The notes under the pieces: generated by a model
What the model was told of the DNA's origin: nothing
Seen by the model: the letters and a program-made list of their open reading frames with translations, nothing else
Database searches by the model: none
Part shown: positions 23,567 through 36,500 of the stretch, piece after piece
How positions within the stretch are numbered: the first letter of the stretch is position 1
How the letters are laid out: every line of letters starts with the position of its first letter
Translations under genes and position numbers: made by a program
Source of the DNA: Chloropicon primus
Lineage: Eukaryota
Direction: 5' to 3'
Assembly: GCA_023205875.1 (NCBI GenBank)
Contig: CP060757.1
Span: forward strand, 310,001 to 374,000
Length of the DNA: 64,000 nt

Positions 23567-24604
23567 TCACGTCTTCGTCTTCTTGGCCTCTGGCTCCCCG
23601 GAGTCGTCGCCGTCGTCCAACTTCTCCTTCCCCCGGGCAACGTTGGGCGGGGACGACAGGGCCGCCTGCTCCTCAGGGGAGACTTGGCCTCCGGGCGTCT
23701 TCGACTTCTGCAGCTCGCGCCAGAGGTTGATGGCGACCTTGGTCTGCTTCAAGATGCCGCCCTCCTCCTCCGCCTCCTCATCCGAGTCCAAGCTGCCCAC
23801 CAGCTGTGGCAAAGATGCGATGTTCGCGTTGGTTTCCGCCTCTCCGGTCCCTGGGGGGCTGTCGCCCAGGCCCTCCTCCACCTGGCTCTTGGCGTCCGCG
23901 GAGACCACAAAGATGGTCTCCTCCACCTGCTTCACGAGCCTCTTCAGGATGGTCGTGGAGCAGAACGGCTGCCTCACCACGTTCGCGAGGAAGGGGCTGC
24001 GCAGCAGCAAGCCGGTCTTCTTGTCATGCTTCTTGAGGATCTTCACGAGACCGATGTAATTCAGCTCGCACCAGTGGAGGAGCAGAACGATCTCGCCGTG
24101 CAGGTGGACCGAGGCGCTCCTCAGGCTTATGTTCTCCCTCTCGTTCCTGGCGACCTTCAGCCTGTCCGCGAGGTCCTTCACGCGGATGATGAGCTCCTCC
24201 TCTCGCTTGATGAAGTAGTCGTTAAACTTGGTGATCTCCAGGTTCAGCTTGGAGACGAAGGCGCCCTCCTGAGGCGTGAGCAGACTGTTGCCCTGGCCGT
24301 GCTCAACCCCCCTGTCGCTCCCCTCCCCGCCTTCCCCCCTGGCCCCGGCTTTGCTCGCGGATCCCGGAGAGTGCACCCCGCACGCCTGCCTTCCCTTGGC
24401 ATCCTCCGCCACTTCCTTGGCCCCTGCCTCGGAGTAATCCGGGCAGCAGCACTTTTGCGTCCCCTCGTCCTCCTCCGTGTTCGCTGGCGTCGTCGGCGAT
24501 ATTCCCTTCAGCTGCTTCTTCAGCTCCTTGTAACTCAAGAACTTTGGCTTCAGCTCCTTCGGAACCTCGCTTATCTGGTCCTTGAGCAACTTGCCGAACT
24601 TCAT
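23567..24604 (-). CDS. Stand-alone SPX-domain protein (phosphate sensing)
   Basis: MKFGKLLK, FLSYKELKK, EITKFNDYF and ELNYIGLVKILKKHDKKTG motifs. Confidence 0.93.
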   Translation of the reverse strand: MKFGKLLKDQISEVPKELKPKFLSYKELKKQLKGISPTTPANTEEDEGTQKCCCPDYSEAGAKEVAEDAKGRQACGVHSPGSASKAGARGEGGEGSDRGVEHGQGNSLLTPQEGAFVSKLNLEITKFNDYFIKREEELIIRVKDLADRLKVARNERENISLRSASVHLHGEIVLLLHWCELNYIGLVKILKKHDKKTGLLLRSPFLANVVRQPFCSTTILKRLVKQVEETIFVVSADAKSQVEEGLGDSPPGTGEAETNANIASLPQLVGSLDSDEEAEEEGGILKQTKVAINLWRELQKSKTPGGQVSPEEQAALSSPPNVARGKEKLDDGDDSGEPEAKKTKT

Positions 24605-25123
24605 GGTCGTGTCGTACCTCGAGATGAAAAACCTACTACTGGAACCAAAACAAAACACACAACAACAAAACAGAACGGAAACCCGACTTGCTAGGACAAG
24701 GACATGACCTTCCGCGGTGACAAAGGATCCGAGAAGACGCCACGCGCGCTCCTCGCTCTGCCTATCCACGCGACTCGACCTTCTCACTCTATCATCAACA
24801 ACAACAACAACAACGTCATCGTCATCGTCGTCGTCGTCATCATCATGGCGAGGAGAAAGGACCCGAGACAAAGAGGAATAAAAGGTTTAGCTCGACGCGC
24901 GTCGTAAGAGAGCGAGAAAGATGATTCAACAAGAAAGAAAAAAAAAAACGTAAACGAAGGACCGACCGAAGGTACTTGTGTCGCGTCGTCCCTCGTCCCT
25001 CGTCCACTCACCCCCTTGCTCGACCGTGCGCTTCGCTTCGAAGAATGAAGGTATCTTCTCAATCGATCGCGATCGCGATGAAAGTGTGTTTTATCGATCG
25101 GCGGACGATCACGATCACTGATC

Positions 25124-25606
25124 ATGGCGGACCTTACAGTGTTAGGTGAGTGAGGGAGGACGAGCGAGAGGAGAGAGGCAAACGATCGCGATCGCGAACA
25201 CCGCATGCATCTTTTGTTACGCACGCGCATGCATGTATTCGTGCATTCGTTCGTGCGTTTGTTCGTGCTGTGCGCTCTTGCGAAGAAGATGGGATGGGCT
25301 CGGGCTCGGGCTCGGGTGGGAAGAGGTTGTGGCGTGGCGTATATGGCGTGACGACGTCGTGGAGCTGTTGAGCTGCGCTGCGCTGGAGGGGACTGTCTCT
25401 CTGACGGGTTTTGTGTTTTGTGTTTTGTGTTTTGTTTTGCCTCTTCTTTTTCTTTTCTTTTTTTGTCCTCCTGAAGAGCGAACGCCAGAAGGGACGGCCG
25501 TGCGCGGCGGCGTCCGGGATGCCTTCGAGCTCAAGGGGAATGGAGACAGGTGAGTCGGTCAAAGGCGAGTGTCGCGGTCATCCTGGACTGCCGGGCTGAC
25601 TCGTTT

Positions 25607-25646
<40 letters not shown>

Positions 25647-27186
25647 CACCTGCGCGCACCTGCACAGAACGAGTGCGAGCGTCATGGAGATATCTCACCA
25701 GACAGGCCTCGTGTTGATGTCCAGCAGCGACAGCGTCGTCGTGCAAGATGCCCGGGACTCGTACAAGACGGTCTTCTCCTCGCCCATGAAGCACGTCGTG
25801 GGCCTGGACGTGTCCCCTCTGGGGAACTTCCTCGTCACCTACCAGAGGCCGATCAAGGACCAGCCGAACGAGAAGAACCTCAAAGTGTTCGCCCTGCGTT
25901 CGCAAGACAGGGACGAGTCTGGAAACCCAACGGAGGTGTACGCCCAGCCCCAGAAGCAGGCCTCGCAGGACATGTGGCCCCTGTACCAGTTTGACCAGAA
26001 CGAGGAGCACATGTACAGGTCGGTGGCCAACGAGGTGCACGCGATCAAGACCGCCGCGTACGGAGACGGGATAGCGAAGAAGCTGAGGGTCAAAGGGCTC
26101 AACACGTTCGCCATCTCCAAGGGGCCGGAGCCGAAGGTCGCAGTGTATTGCCCGGAGAGCAAAGGGGCCCCGGGGTCAGTCCAAATTTTCGACCTGGAGA
26201 CGGACTTCTCGAGCGAGAGCAAGTCGAACCCCCAACCCAGCGCGCGGAGGTCCTTCTACAGGTCGTCGAGGGCGAAGCTGATGTGGAACGCCTCCGGAAA
26301 GGCCTTGCTGGCGTGGGCGTTCTCGGACGTGGACAAGACGAACCAGAACTACTTTGGAGAGCAGTCTCTTCATTTCTTGTCCGCGGATGGAGACCGGGAG
26401 CAGCTCGTGGAGCTCAAGGACGGGCCCATCCACGACGTGAAGTGGGCCCCGAACGGGCAGCATTTCGTGGCCATCCATGGGTTCATGCCCGCCAAGGCGA
26501 CCCTTTTCGACCACAAGTGCAAACCGATTTACGACTTTGGCAGCGGTCCTAGAAACACCGTGGAGTGGAGCCCTTTCAGCAGGTTCCTGGTCATTGGCGG
26601 CTTTGGCAACCTCCCGGGAGACATCGAGTTCTACGACAAGAAGGCGGACGGGAAGTGCAAGGTCATGGGCAAGGTCAGGGCGGCCTGCACCGTGAACTGC
26701 GGCTGGGCCCCGGATGGCAGGCACCTCATCACGTCCACCACCTCCCCCAGGCTGAGGGTCGATAACGGGTTCAAGGTCTTCCACTACAACGGCGACCTCG
26801 TCCACGAGCAGAAGGTTGATGTGCTCCTGCAAGTGGATTTCGGCCCCAGCCCCCCCGACCTCTACCAGGACAGGCCAGCGTCCCCCGACAAGGTCAAGAA
26901 GAGTTTAGCAAAGGCGGCGAGCGGGGGGAGCTCTGGCTCCAGACCCGCCGCTTACGTCCCCCCTCACCTCAAGAACAAGGGCGGCGGGGGCTCCAGGTCC
27001 AACTTCAGCCTGGCGTACGACAAGACGGAGAAGGGCCCAGGGAAAATCAAATCCCAGCCGGGCGGCAGGTCCAGCAGCAACTTGCCTCCTGGGGCGGAGC
27101 TCGCGCAGTCCAAGTCTGCGGCCAAGAACGCCAAGAGGAGGGCGAAGAAGAAGGCCGCAGCGGCAGCGGCTGCGGCAGGGCAGTGA
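25124..27186 (+). CDS. EIF2A: Eukaryotic translation initiation factor 2A; exons 25124-25145, 25477-25549 and 25668-27186
   Basis: Spliced N-terminus MADLTVLERTPEG... is in frame; DVDKTNQNYFGE, GPIHDVKW, GFMPAKA, GFGNLPG, SPRLRVDNG and AYVPPH motifs. Confidence 0.92.
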
Positions 27187-27325
27187 GGAAGGGATCAATT
27201 GAACGAATCAATCGTTGCGGTTTCAATGGATTCAAAAAGCAAACGCACCACCCACCGAGGTTGTCGAAATAAAAGAAACACGAGAGTATCATATATCTAA
27301 TATAGAGGGTGAGGTCACCGCGACG

Positions 27326-27359
<34 letters not shown>

Positions 27360-27435
27360 GGGTCTCTTATCTGATAGTTTGATTACATATAGATGTATGC
27401 GGGTCACATCACTTTCCAGGATGATCGCCAACCCC

Positions 27436-27987
27436 TTACTTCTTGGCGGTGAGGGCAGCCTTCTTTCCTCCTCTGAGCTTCTTGGCTCTGTTCTTCCTCT
27501 CCTTGATCTGCTTACGGGACTTTCTAGTGTGCTCAAGGAGGTTAACCCTGGCCAGTCTGTACTTGAGCTCGAACTTCTTGGCAGCGACAACGGAGTCGTA
27601 GATGAGACCAAATCCGGTGGTCTTTCCGCCTCCGAAAGCGGTCTTGAATCCGAAAACAATGATTCCCTCAGGGTCCTTGACGTCGTACATCTTGGCTATC
27701 TTCTCCGAGATCTCGGCCTGCGAAGGGAGGAGGGAAAAGAAAAGAAAACAGGTCAGCCCAGGGTCCCGCCGCAGACACGCTTGCTCTCCGAGCCGAGGCC
27801 TTCTTCTTCTTCTTCTTCGCCAGCGAACAGCAGCAGCAAACAGAAAACCCAAAGCGACGAAGAAAAGGAGAGAGCGCACGACGAAGAAGAGACAGAAGGG
27901 AGAAGCTCAAGCCCTTCCTCCCATACGAACCCCCTCGTGCCCCCTCCCTCTCTCCGTGCCTTCCCACGCCCAAGACCCAACAGAAGA

Positions 27988-28030
<43 letters not shown>

Positions 28031-28144
28031 CTTTGGAACGTTCGCTCTTCCCGGGTGGAGAACATCGATAACGAATTGCTTCCTCTGGAGAAGTCTGTTC
28101 GTCATAAACTTCCTCGTTCTAATTCTGCAAGCCTTGTCCGACAT
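27436..28144 (-). CDS. RPS24: 40S ribosomal protein S24 (eS24); intron 27718-28030
   Basis: [42 protein letters not shown]...[15 protein letters not shown]. Confidence 0.97.
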
Positions 28145-28438
28145 CGTGACCGTGTGCGCGACTAAAAGTAACCAATATAACACAGAACCCCCTCAAGCGC
28201 CACTCTCTCTTCGCTCTCTCTCTCTCTCGCTCGCTCTCTCGCGTTCTTCGCTCTTCTTCGCCTCGTCCGGGCGCTCGAGAGTAGGAATCCCATCTTGAAG
28301 GGGTGGAAAAAAAATGCATTTTGGAGGCGGCGGCGGCGTTGAACTTTTCCGAAGATATTACGTACTCTTTCCCTGGAATGGAAAAAATTAATGTATTCTG
28401 TACATGACGTTTGTTAATCTGGGGAAAGTTGGGTTGGG

Positions 28439-28450
28439 TTCCCGCCAAAA
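28439..28450. promoter_or_regulatory. Candidate overlapping E2F site TTCCCGCCAAAA upstream of the CDCA7-like gene
   Basis: TTCCCGCC / TTTGGCGG consensus-like match. Confidence 0.35.
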
Positions 28451-28720
28451 TATGAGGAAGAACGAAGGGAACGAGGGACGGTGCGCTCGCCGATCGATCG
28501 TAGGGTGAGGCCTTTGTGTTTTGGGGTGATCGAGCTCGAGGGGAGGGGAGGGGATTGGAGTGATCGAAGGGTCTCGTCTTGCTCTTTCGAATGATGCCAT
28601 CACTTTTGCTGAGACTTTCATTCTTTTTCTTTTTTTTCTTTGGAACGTCGTCGTCAGCAGCACCAGCACCAGCACCAGCATCCTCTGCTTTGCACAGCAA
28701 ACAAAAACAGCGAAAGCAGG

Positions 28721-29900
28721 ATGACGCCGCCTCAGGAGACTAGGGTCGTCGCGATGCAGCTACGTTTGAGCGAGGTGTACAAGAAGGCGTCGGCGAGAAC
28801 GCGCTCGTCTTCGTCTACCCTGGTGACCACCATCTCTATGGACCGAGTGACGAGGCCCCTCGACGAGAACGACGACCAGTGCAGAGCTTGCGGGAAGGAG
28901 GGGAAGCTCGTGTGCTGCGACGGGTGCCCCGCGGCGTTCCACCCCGAGTGCGTGGGCCTGGACGCCTACGACCTTCCGCAGGGGGACTGGTACTGCGCAA
29001 AGTGCGAGGGCGGGAGGGGGCGACGGCCCGCGGCGGAGTGCGTGGATTACGAGGCCGAGAGGCAGAAGCGCATCGAGTCGAACAGGCAGAAGATGTTCAA
29101 GCTGATCCTGGGCGCCAAGGCGTCCCTGACGAAGCAGGCGAACGCGAGGAAGGAGAATATGGCGGCCGCCAGGCAGGCGAGACTCTTGCTGGGCGCGGGG
29201 GCCAAGCCGAAGAGGGGCTCCCCGCGCCGCACCAGGGCGGCCGCGAGGCCCAACACGAGGCAGAAGACTAGGTCCATCCGCACGTCCGCGAGGCTGAGGG
29301 GGTAGAACGTGCCGAGCGACGAGGAGATCAAGTTCTTCGAGGCGCTGTCGTGCGACTACGTCGAGAGGGACGGGAAGTTGATCCTGGATGATGGCAAGGA
29401 CAGCCAGAAGAACCAGGAGAGGATGGAGAAGGTCCTCGCCCACAGGTGCGACAGCAAGGGCCGGGATCACCTGCTACTTTTGCAGGCAAAAGAAGTTGTG
29501 CGGGGAGCCCAACTGCCCGAGGTGAAGCACGCGGATCACGGTCGCGAAGGAGTGCACAGGCAAGAGCGACTGCTCGAGGTGCCACTCCGCCACCGGGAAG
29601 TTCTTCAGAGCCTGCCTCCTCCTCATCCGGTGCGGCCTCGTCCTCGAGGCCTTGAGGAAGGAGATGGAGGAGGGGACTTGGCTTTGCCCCGAGGAGGACC
29701 ACCCCGAGTCGGGCTGGATCTGCAACTCCTCCGTCTGCATGAGCAGGAGGGGCTTGTGCCCGACGGGAATCGCCATCTACGGGGCGCAGGAGAGGGGATT
29801 TCCTTCCGCGGCCCACTATGTCCAGGCAAAGATGCTCAAGCACAAGAAGAAGAACAGCAGCACTTGCAAACCAGTGGCGACGACGTGCGAGCTGAAGTGA
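28721..29900 (+). pseudogene. Disrupted PHD-finger + zf-4CXXC_R1 (CDCA7-like) gene
   Basis: Intact PHD (CRAC...CCDGC...FHPEC...WYCAKC) and YEAERQKRIESN helix. In-frame TAG at 29303-29305, frameshift at ~29465 (HRCDSKGR / ITCYFCRQK), and TGA at a Cys position 29523-29525, then ...WLCP...ICNSSVCMSRRGLCPTGIAIY..QERGFPSAAHY. Confidence 0.8.
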
Positions 29901-30523
29901 TGGGAAATCACCCACGCCCTTGTTGTTGCGTGTCACACACAGAATAAGCTCTGAGCAAGAACAAAGACACACGCGTGTGTAGTAGACATGAGACACATCC
30001 ATCGAAATCCATCGAATGAGGAACTCCCCAAGGAACACCCCCACTCCCTCCTCCCTCGTCCCTCGTCCCTCGTCCCTCGTGTTTTCTCGATTTCTCGTAC
30101 ACTCTTTCTTGACCCCCTTCCTTTTTCCGGTCCACCTTGGGGTTTACTTAAGGAAATACGATCCTTTGACCCAACCCATTCAAAAATAGCCCGCGGAGAG
30201 AGAGGGGGGAGGGAAGGGGGAGAGAAAGCAAAGGCGCCCACTTGATCGCCTGATTGTGGATCGGATCAAGGAGGGCAAGGGACATTGCTCGACACTGTTG
30301 GCGTTGCTTGTTGCATTGAGGAGACATCGGGAATTGAGGACACTGGAGTGAGGCACGCCAAGCAAGGAGGAGGTGAGGTGGTATGGTAACGAGCGGTCGT
30401 GGAGTCCGCCTCGGGTGCCAAAGTATCTCCCTTAGGTTCCTCACTGGAGGAGCTTGTGACTAGAGTGGAGTACTGGTACTGGTAGCGTGAGATTGAGATT
30501 GAGTAAGAGAGCCAGGGGGCGTG

Positions 30524-33500
30524 ATGGCTGGAACGAAAGGGCCGTGGACGAGGTGGAGCCTTGCGCTCGTGGCCCTCCTCGTGCTTGTGGGACACGTTCG
30601 TGCATCCCACTTTCGGTACGGAACGCTGAGCTGGGAGCCCTTGGACACGATTAGCGGAAACAAGAGGGAGGTGTTGTTCACCTTCAAGGCGGCGTTCCGG
30701 AAGAATTACCACTGGGGCTCGAACGCCAACCAGCAGTGGGCGCAGACGAGCTCCGTCGAGGCGACGCAGGTGTTTTACGGGAGCGAGAGCACTCTGAAGG
30801 ACGCGAGCGTTGGTTATGACGGGACCCGGCCGGGCTGCAACCTCGAGGGGACGGCCACGGAGAAGAGAGCTTGCTACAAGTGCCCCTCGAACGCCGAGCT
30901 CACTGTGTACGGGTGCGAGAATTCGAGCCCCAAGCACGACAGGCTGGGTACCGACTCGAATGGCAACGGGGTGAGCGGGGAGAAGTTCTACGTCAGGTTC
31001 CCGGCCCTAAAGCAGAACGACGGCAGCGACATCGTGCAGTGCCCTGATCCCTTCTACTGCGACGTCAGCAAGGCTCTGATCGACGAGGCTACGAGGGTGC
31101 CGCTCTTCACGAAGACGGACAACAGCGCCCAGAGGACGCTGTGCGCGTCGTACAGGGACAACCCGACCAAAGATGCGGGAAAGTGCGCGCCTTGGGACGA
31201 GGTCTACGGAATGTTCATGGGAGACGGGACCTCCAAGACCATAGACTTCGAGGTCACCTACATACACGAATCGGACAACCCCATTGTCGGCAACTACCTT
31301 TTGGGCACCTCGAAGTTCACTCACTCGTACGAGCAGGACACCTCAAGTCCGTTCTTGGCGTACTTCACGGGCGGTGACCGGATCTACGAGTGCGACTACC
31401 CGTCCACCAAGCTCACCTCGAGCGGAGTCTGCGACGGGGTGCTGAACAACCTGCTGAGGAACAACCAGGAGGGAAGGTACAGGCTCGAGACATCGGTTTT
31501 GCTCAAGTCTGGAGCGACCAACCGGAGTCCAGTCGCCGCGATGATACCCATTTTGCCTGTACCGGTCACGGCCATCACCGACAGGTCGAGGTTCCAGGTG
31601 ACGGCGTACGACCCTGATGGGGACGAGCTGACGTTCGCGTTTGGAAACGTCGAGGAGATGGGAGGAATCGTGAGGTCCAAGTCGGACGCTTTCCCTTGGA
31701 GCACCAACCCGGGCACCGCCGTGGAGGCCTACAGCGCCGAAACGGGAGAGTTGGACGCCAAGTACGGCGTCCAGTACGGCAGGTTCCACTGCGACGAGAC
31801 CAGCAAGCAGTTCTTGCTCGAAGGGAAGTGCCCCTCGGACAGGGTCCCTCAGAGCGTGCTGGGGATGGACATTTACAGCTTCAAAAGCATTGTCCCCGGG
31901 CTTATTGAGTGGAACACGTGGAGGAAGTTGAAGAGCAACGGGGATTACGAGGCGTGCATCGAGAGCAAGGCGGGGTGCGAGACGATGCCCCAAGGCCTGT
32001 ACAACGTCGTTGTGATGGTCTCTGATGGCAATTCCAAGGTGCCCATCGATTTCATGGTCTACCTCTACGACGGACAGCTTCATTTTTGCAACAAGTACTG
32101 CAAGGACAACAAGATGGGGGCTCCGAACCCCGTGGGCGTGACGCAGAACCCTTACACGGACAACTACGAGGGTCTGGCTTACAAGCCAGCCTATGCTGGG
32201 ACGCAGACTTTTGCGGATAAGGACGGCATTTACGGGGCAGACTTCCTCGTCGAAGGGACCGCACTGCGCTTTGCCCAGTCTTGTACCATCTGCGGCATGG
32301 GAACCGGCAACACCACGGCGTGCACGCCTATGGCTGCGGACGACCAGTGCGGGGTGGACTCCTTTGGATCCATTGTCCCCGCCACCGGAGCCTGCGTCAT
32401 AAACCAGCCGCCCAGATTCGTTTCTGATGGCACCGTGACCATCACTTCCACGAGGAGCATTTACGACACTCCAGGTCTGGCCGAGTACAACGCGAACAAG
32501 GCCCTTGGGGCAATCGGAGCCGTGGACGGCACGTACGAGTTGCCCAAAGTGCAAGGCTACTTTGGCAAAGAGCTGTCTTTCAGTGTCACCGCCCAGGACG
32601 ACGACGATTGCTCCGAGCTCCTGGTGGACAGCACGGTTTTGCCCGAGGGCTCGTACCTGGAAGACGCCGAGTACCTCGTGAACTACGAGACTTTCCCGAA
32701 CGGCCAGAAAGTGAGGAGAAAGTTCAAGTGGCCTGCCAGCATGGTTGGGGGCTCGGACACCAGGGCTGCGAAATCCAAAGTGTGCTTTTACGCTTTTGAC
32801 AAGTACTTGGTCACGGCGCAGCCGTTCTACTGCATCGAAATCAACCTGATCCCGGAGCCGCCTACGGAGGACGAGGTCCTGCTGAGGTTCGACTGCAAGC
32901 TGTCCCTGAACTGGAACGAGCTTTTGGGCAGGTTCGTTGTGCAGGACGAGCTCACCAAGTTTTACTCCAGCACCAAGTACGAGGGCTACATGTGGCACCA
33001 CGCCATGGTGTCCATCGATGACAAGGGGAAGGGATCCTTGTACGTGGACGGGCAGCTCACCGGCCTTGACCTCACCGTGGGGACCAACGTGGACGACGTT
33101 GCGACTTTCAACAAGGGCACGGCCATAGGAACGCAGTTCTCCACGATTTCGTACCCCAACAAATGCGTCTCGGCGCCCGCGAGGCGTCAGCTGCTTGCCA
33201 ACGATGATTACCCGGTGACAGACGGCTTCCTGAACACCACCGGCTTGGGCATCAACCCTGCGACGGGGGATTGCTGCACGTTCAAGATCGCGCAAAGGTG
33301 CACGACCGACGCTGGCACAAGAGACTTCGAGGGTTTTGTGGACGAGGTGGCGGTCTGGAACAGGAATCTGCACAAAGAGGAAGTCCATCACGCGATGTTC
33401 AACATGCCAGCAAGCAGGTTTGAGAGGAAGCTGATCGCGCCCAGGGGGGTCCAAGTCGATGTCGCTGCCGGAAGGGTCTTGTGGGGTCGCTTCAACAACC

Positions 33501-36500
33501 CCTGCACTGAAGGACAGGCCGGCAACACGGCAGTACACTCTGGGTCGTCAGACTCTGCGGGCTCAACAGCTGGCGAGGTTGTTGACGAGGCCCCTGGCTT
33601 CAAAGTGACAGACGACACGAACGACCCCATCACTTTCAAGGACTACATGACGCACTCAAAGTACGTGTTTACTGGCGTTCCCTGGCTTGCGCCATACCTG
33701 CACAGCGTGGAGTCGTCGGCGCACTTGTCGATCGATGGCGGAAGCCCTGTCACTGTAAAAGGCATCGGCTTTGCCAAGAGTCCGTTCTTGAAGTGCACCA
33801 ACTCGTACTCCATGATGTCGGGGGCGGCAGAGGGAACCCACGCCGGGAGTGCGGGAACGCAAGAGCCCTATGGCGCGGGCAAGCTTTACGTGGAGCTGGA
33901 TGCCACCACCTCGCTGCTGCGAGAGGACTCTGACGGGGGTCCAGTCTCATTGACAAAGGTCTCGAAGAGCGCAGCCTCCCCGGTCTCCGCTTTTGACACC
34001 TCTAAGCCGGGCCTGTACAGGGAGAGTTTGAGCCACCCCACGAACAGCGCATCGAGAACAAGCTCCTGGGACGTTGCCAGCAACGCCGCGCTGAGGAGTG
34101 GGACGATTCCAGTCTTCGAAGCAAGCCGAACTGGCTCCGACCTTGAGGGGGAAAGCATACACGGTACCTGGGAGGTCCTCCAGTGCGGAGCTCCGCCAGC
34201 TTCCTTCCCGTCGGACCGGTACGAGCTCAGCGTCAGCAACGATGCCGGGCTTTCTATTGCAAACACAAAGACGAGGACATTCACGGAGTACGCTTTGCAG
34301 CTCGATGGCACCGTGGCCCTGAGCGCGGACAGCAAGATCGTTGGCAGCACGTACATGATGTGGTTCCAGATCTCTGAACCGACCTTGACCTTTGCCACGC
34401 TGATTTCTTTGAGCAACGGCTTGGGCTTCACCTACGAGGACGAGATCGTTCACGCGGTCTACGGCAACCAGAAGCTCGGTTCCCTTGGGAGCAAGACGAG
34501 CTTGAACGAATGGCACCACGTCGCGATCAGCATTGAGAGCGGGCACACGAGGGCGTACATTGACGCCCAGACTGTGGTGGACATTGCTATGCCCAACATC
34601 GAAGGCGGTTACGCTCTGCAGAACGTGGGCAGCAACTTCAAGGGCATCGTGGACGAGTTCAAGGTCTTTGGAAGTGCCCTGTCGACCGCAGAAGTTTTGA
34701 AGGCCGCCTTCAGACGAGAGCTTGACCTGTCCGCGATGAATGCGTACTACAGGTTCAACGAGAACTATTTGGATTTCACTGGTAAGACCACGATCTCGGT
34801 CATCAGCAAAGGCAACGCCAAGTTCGTCTCGGTTGGGGCCCCTTGGGAACCCACGAGCGTGTACGTCGTCAACGGCGTGGCAGCAAACTCGGTTCCGCAA
34901 GTGAGTCAAACAGAAGATGCGTTGCAGCTGGCCGGGTTCAACTTCGCGAAGAGTCAGTGGTTGAAGTGCAACTTTGGTACGGAGGCGCTCGAGTTCGCTT
35001 ACTCGACGAGCTCGCCCCCAGCCGATTCCTCGCCGGATGTCATCTCAACGGGGTCGCTTGATCGGCCGGATCAGAGAGTGCAGTCGTTGGATGGAGCCGA
35101 GATGTACTCCGTGAAAGGCGAGCAGATCGATGCTACCTTTGAGAGCATCTCGTCCGTGTCGTGCAACTCGCCGCTCTACGCCGATGGCCTCTCTCGTACC
35201 ATTAGCGCGGCAACAATCGACATGTCTGTCGGGCAGTCTGCAGCAGCTTTGCCCGGCGTGTCCTCGGACATCCAGGGCCCGATCAAGCTTGGAATAAATG
35301 AGACTGCGTTGAAGTGCGCGGGGGGCGCGACTTTTGTGCCCGTCGAGGGAGCCACCCAAGGCCTTTCCGATGCGAGCAACGGCTATACGATCTCCCTCTT
35401 CGTGCTGCCCGACGCAGAAAAGCTTGGGGGCACTGACAACGTCGCCGTCCTGTCGGTCCAGTCCAGTGACCTGACGAAGGTGATCAGCAGGGTCGAAATT
35501 TTGGGCACTGGGGAGTTCGTGTACTACGACGATTACATCAAGTACGTTGAAGCGCCAGCGCAAACGGGAAACGCGAGCACCCACGCACCATGGCGGCACG
35601 TTGTCGTGTCCATCGACAAGAACGGAGTGGGCAAGTTCACCGTGGATGGCCAAACCAGCGAATTCAGCTCGCTGGCAGACATACCAGCCGCGGCAAAGAT
35701 GACCCTGTGCGCCACCCTTGGGTCCTCTGCCGACGGGCCCAGCTCGTACCCTGGACTAGTAGACGAGGTCATGATTTTCAGTGACGCCTTGAGTTACTCG
35801 GAGGTGAGCGCTATGCACGAGCACCACGGTGCCGGCCCCGACGCCAGCAACGCCGCGGCACTAGTGGCGTACTTTCCCATGAACCGCAACGCTTCTGGGG
35901 ATATTTTGGATGCCGAGGTGTACTCCGGGGAAACGGCTCCAAAGCTTGTCATGAACGAGAACCAGAGCGAGAGGGGGGAAATCTCCCTTGCTCTCAACAG
36001 GGGTGCCCAGGGACTCGATCCTGCCCCTTCGGCCGGCGGCCCCTCGATGCTGGACTTGCAGCGCAAGCTGGTGTCCCACTACACCATGGATTCGCCCAAG
36101 CATGTCAGAAACGCGACGAGCATCGAGGTGTCTGATGTCGTGGGCTCGCGACACGGCGTCGTTCCGGTCGACGCTGCAGTGCCAAACAGGAACGGCGTGT
36201 TGAACGCTGCTCTCCTCACTGAGAGTATGCAAATACCGCCGCCCTCGACTTATCTGGGACAAGATTACACGATATGCTTGTGGGCGAAGATCAAGGACTT
36301 TGAGAAGACAAAGGCCATGACTGAAGCGCTCGACTTGCTGGAAGCGTGGAAAATGTTTTGCTCTGTCGGCAACACGGACTTTTTCGTGAACTACGAGAGC
36401 GCCAGTGAAAGCCAAGCGGCTGTTCTAGCTTCGATCTTCCAGCCCCTGGTCGCAGAGGGAAAGCTGAATGCTTTCAAGATGTCGAGTGATGACCTCTGGA

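Noticed and set aside
29523..29525. TGA at a Cys position read as selenocysteine
   Set aside because: The same gene also has a TAG, a frameshift and other lost ligands, and I saw no SECIS-like element downstream. Decay is the simpler explanation.
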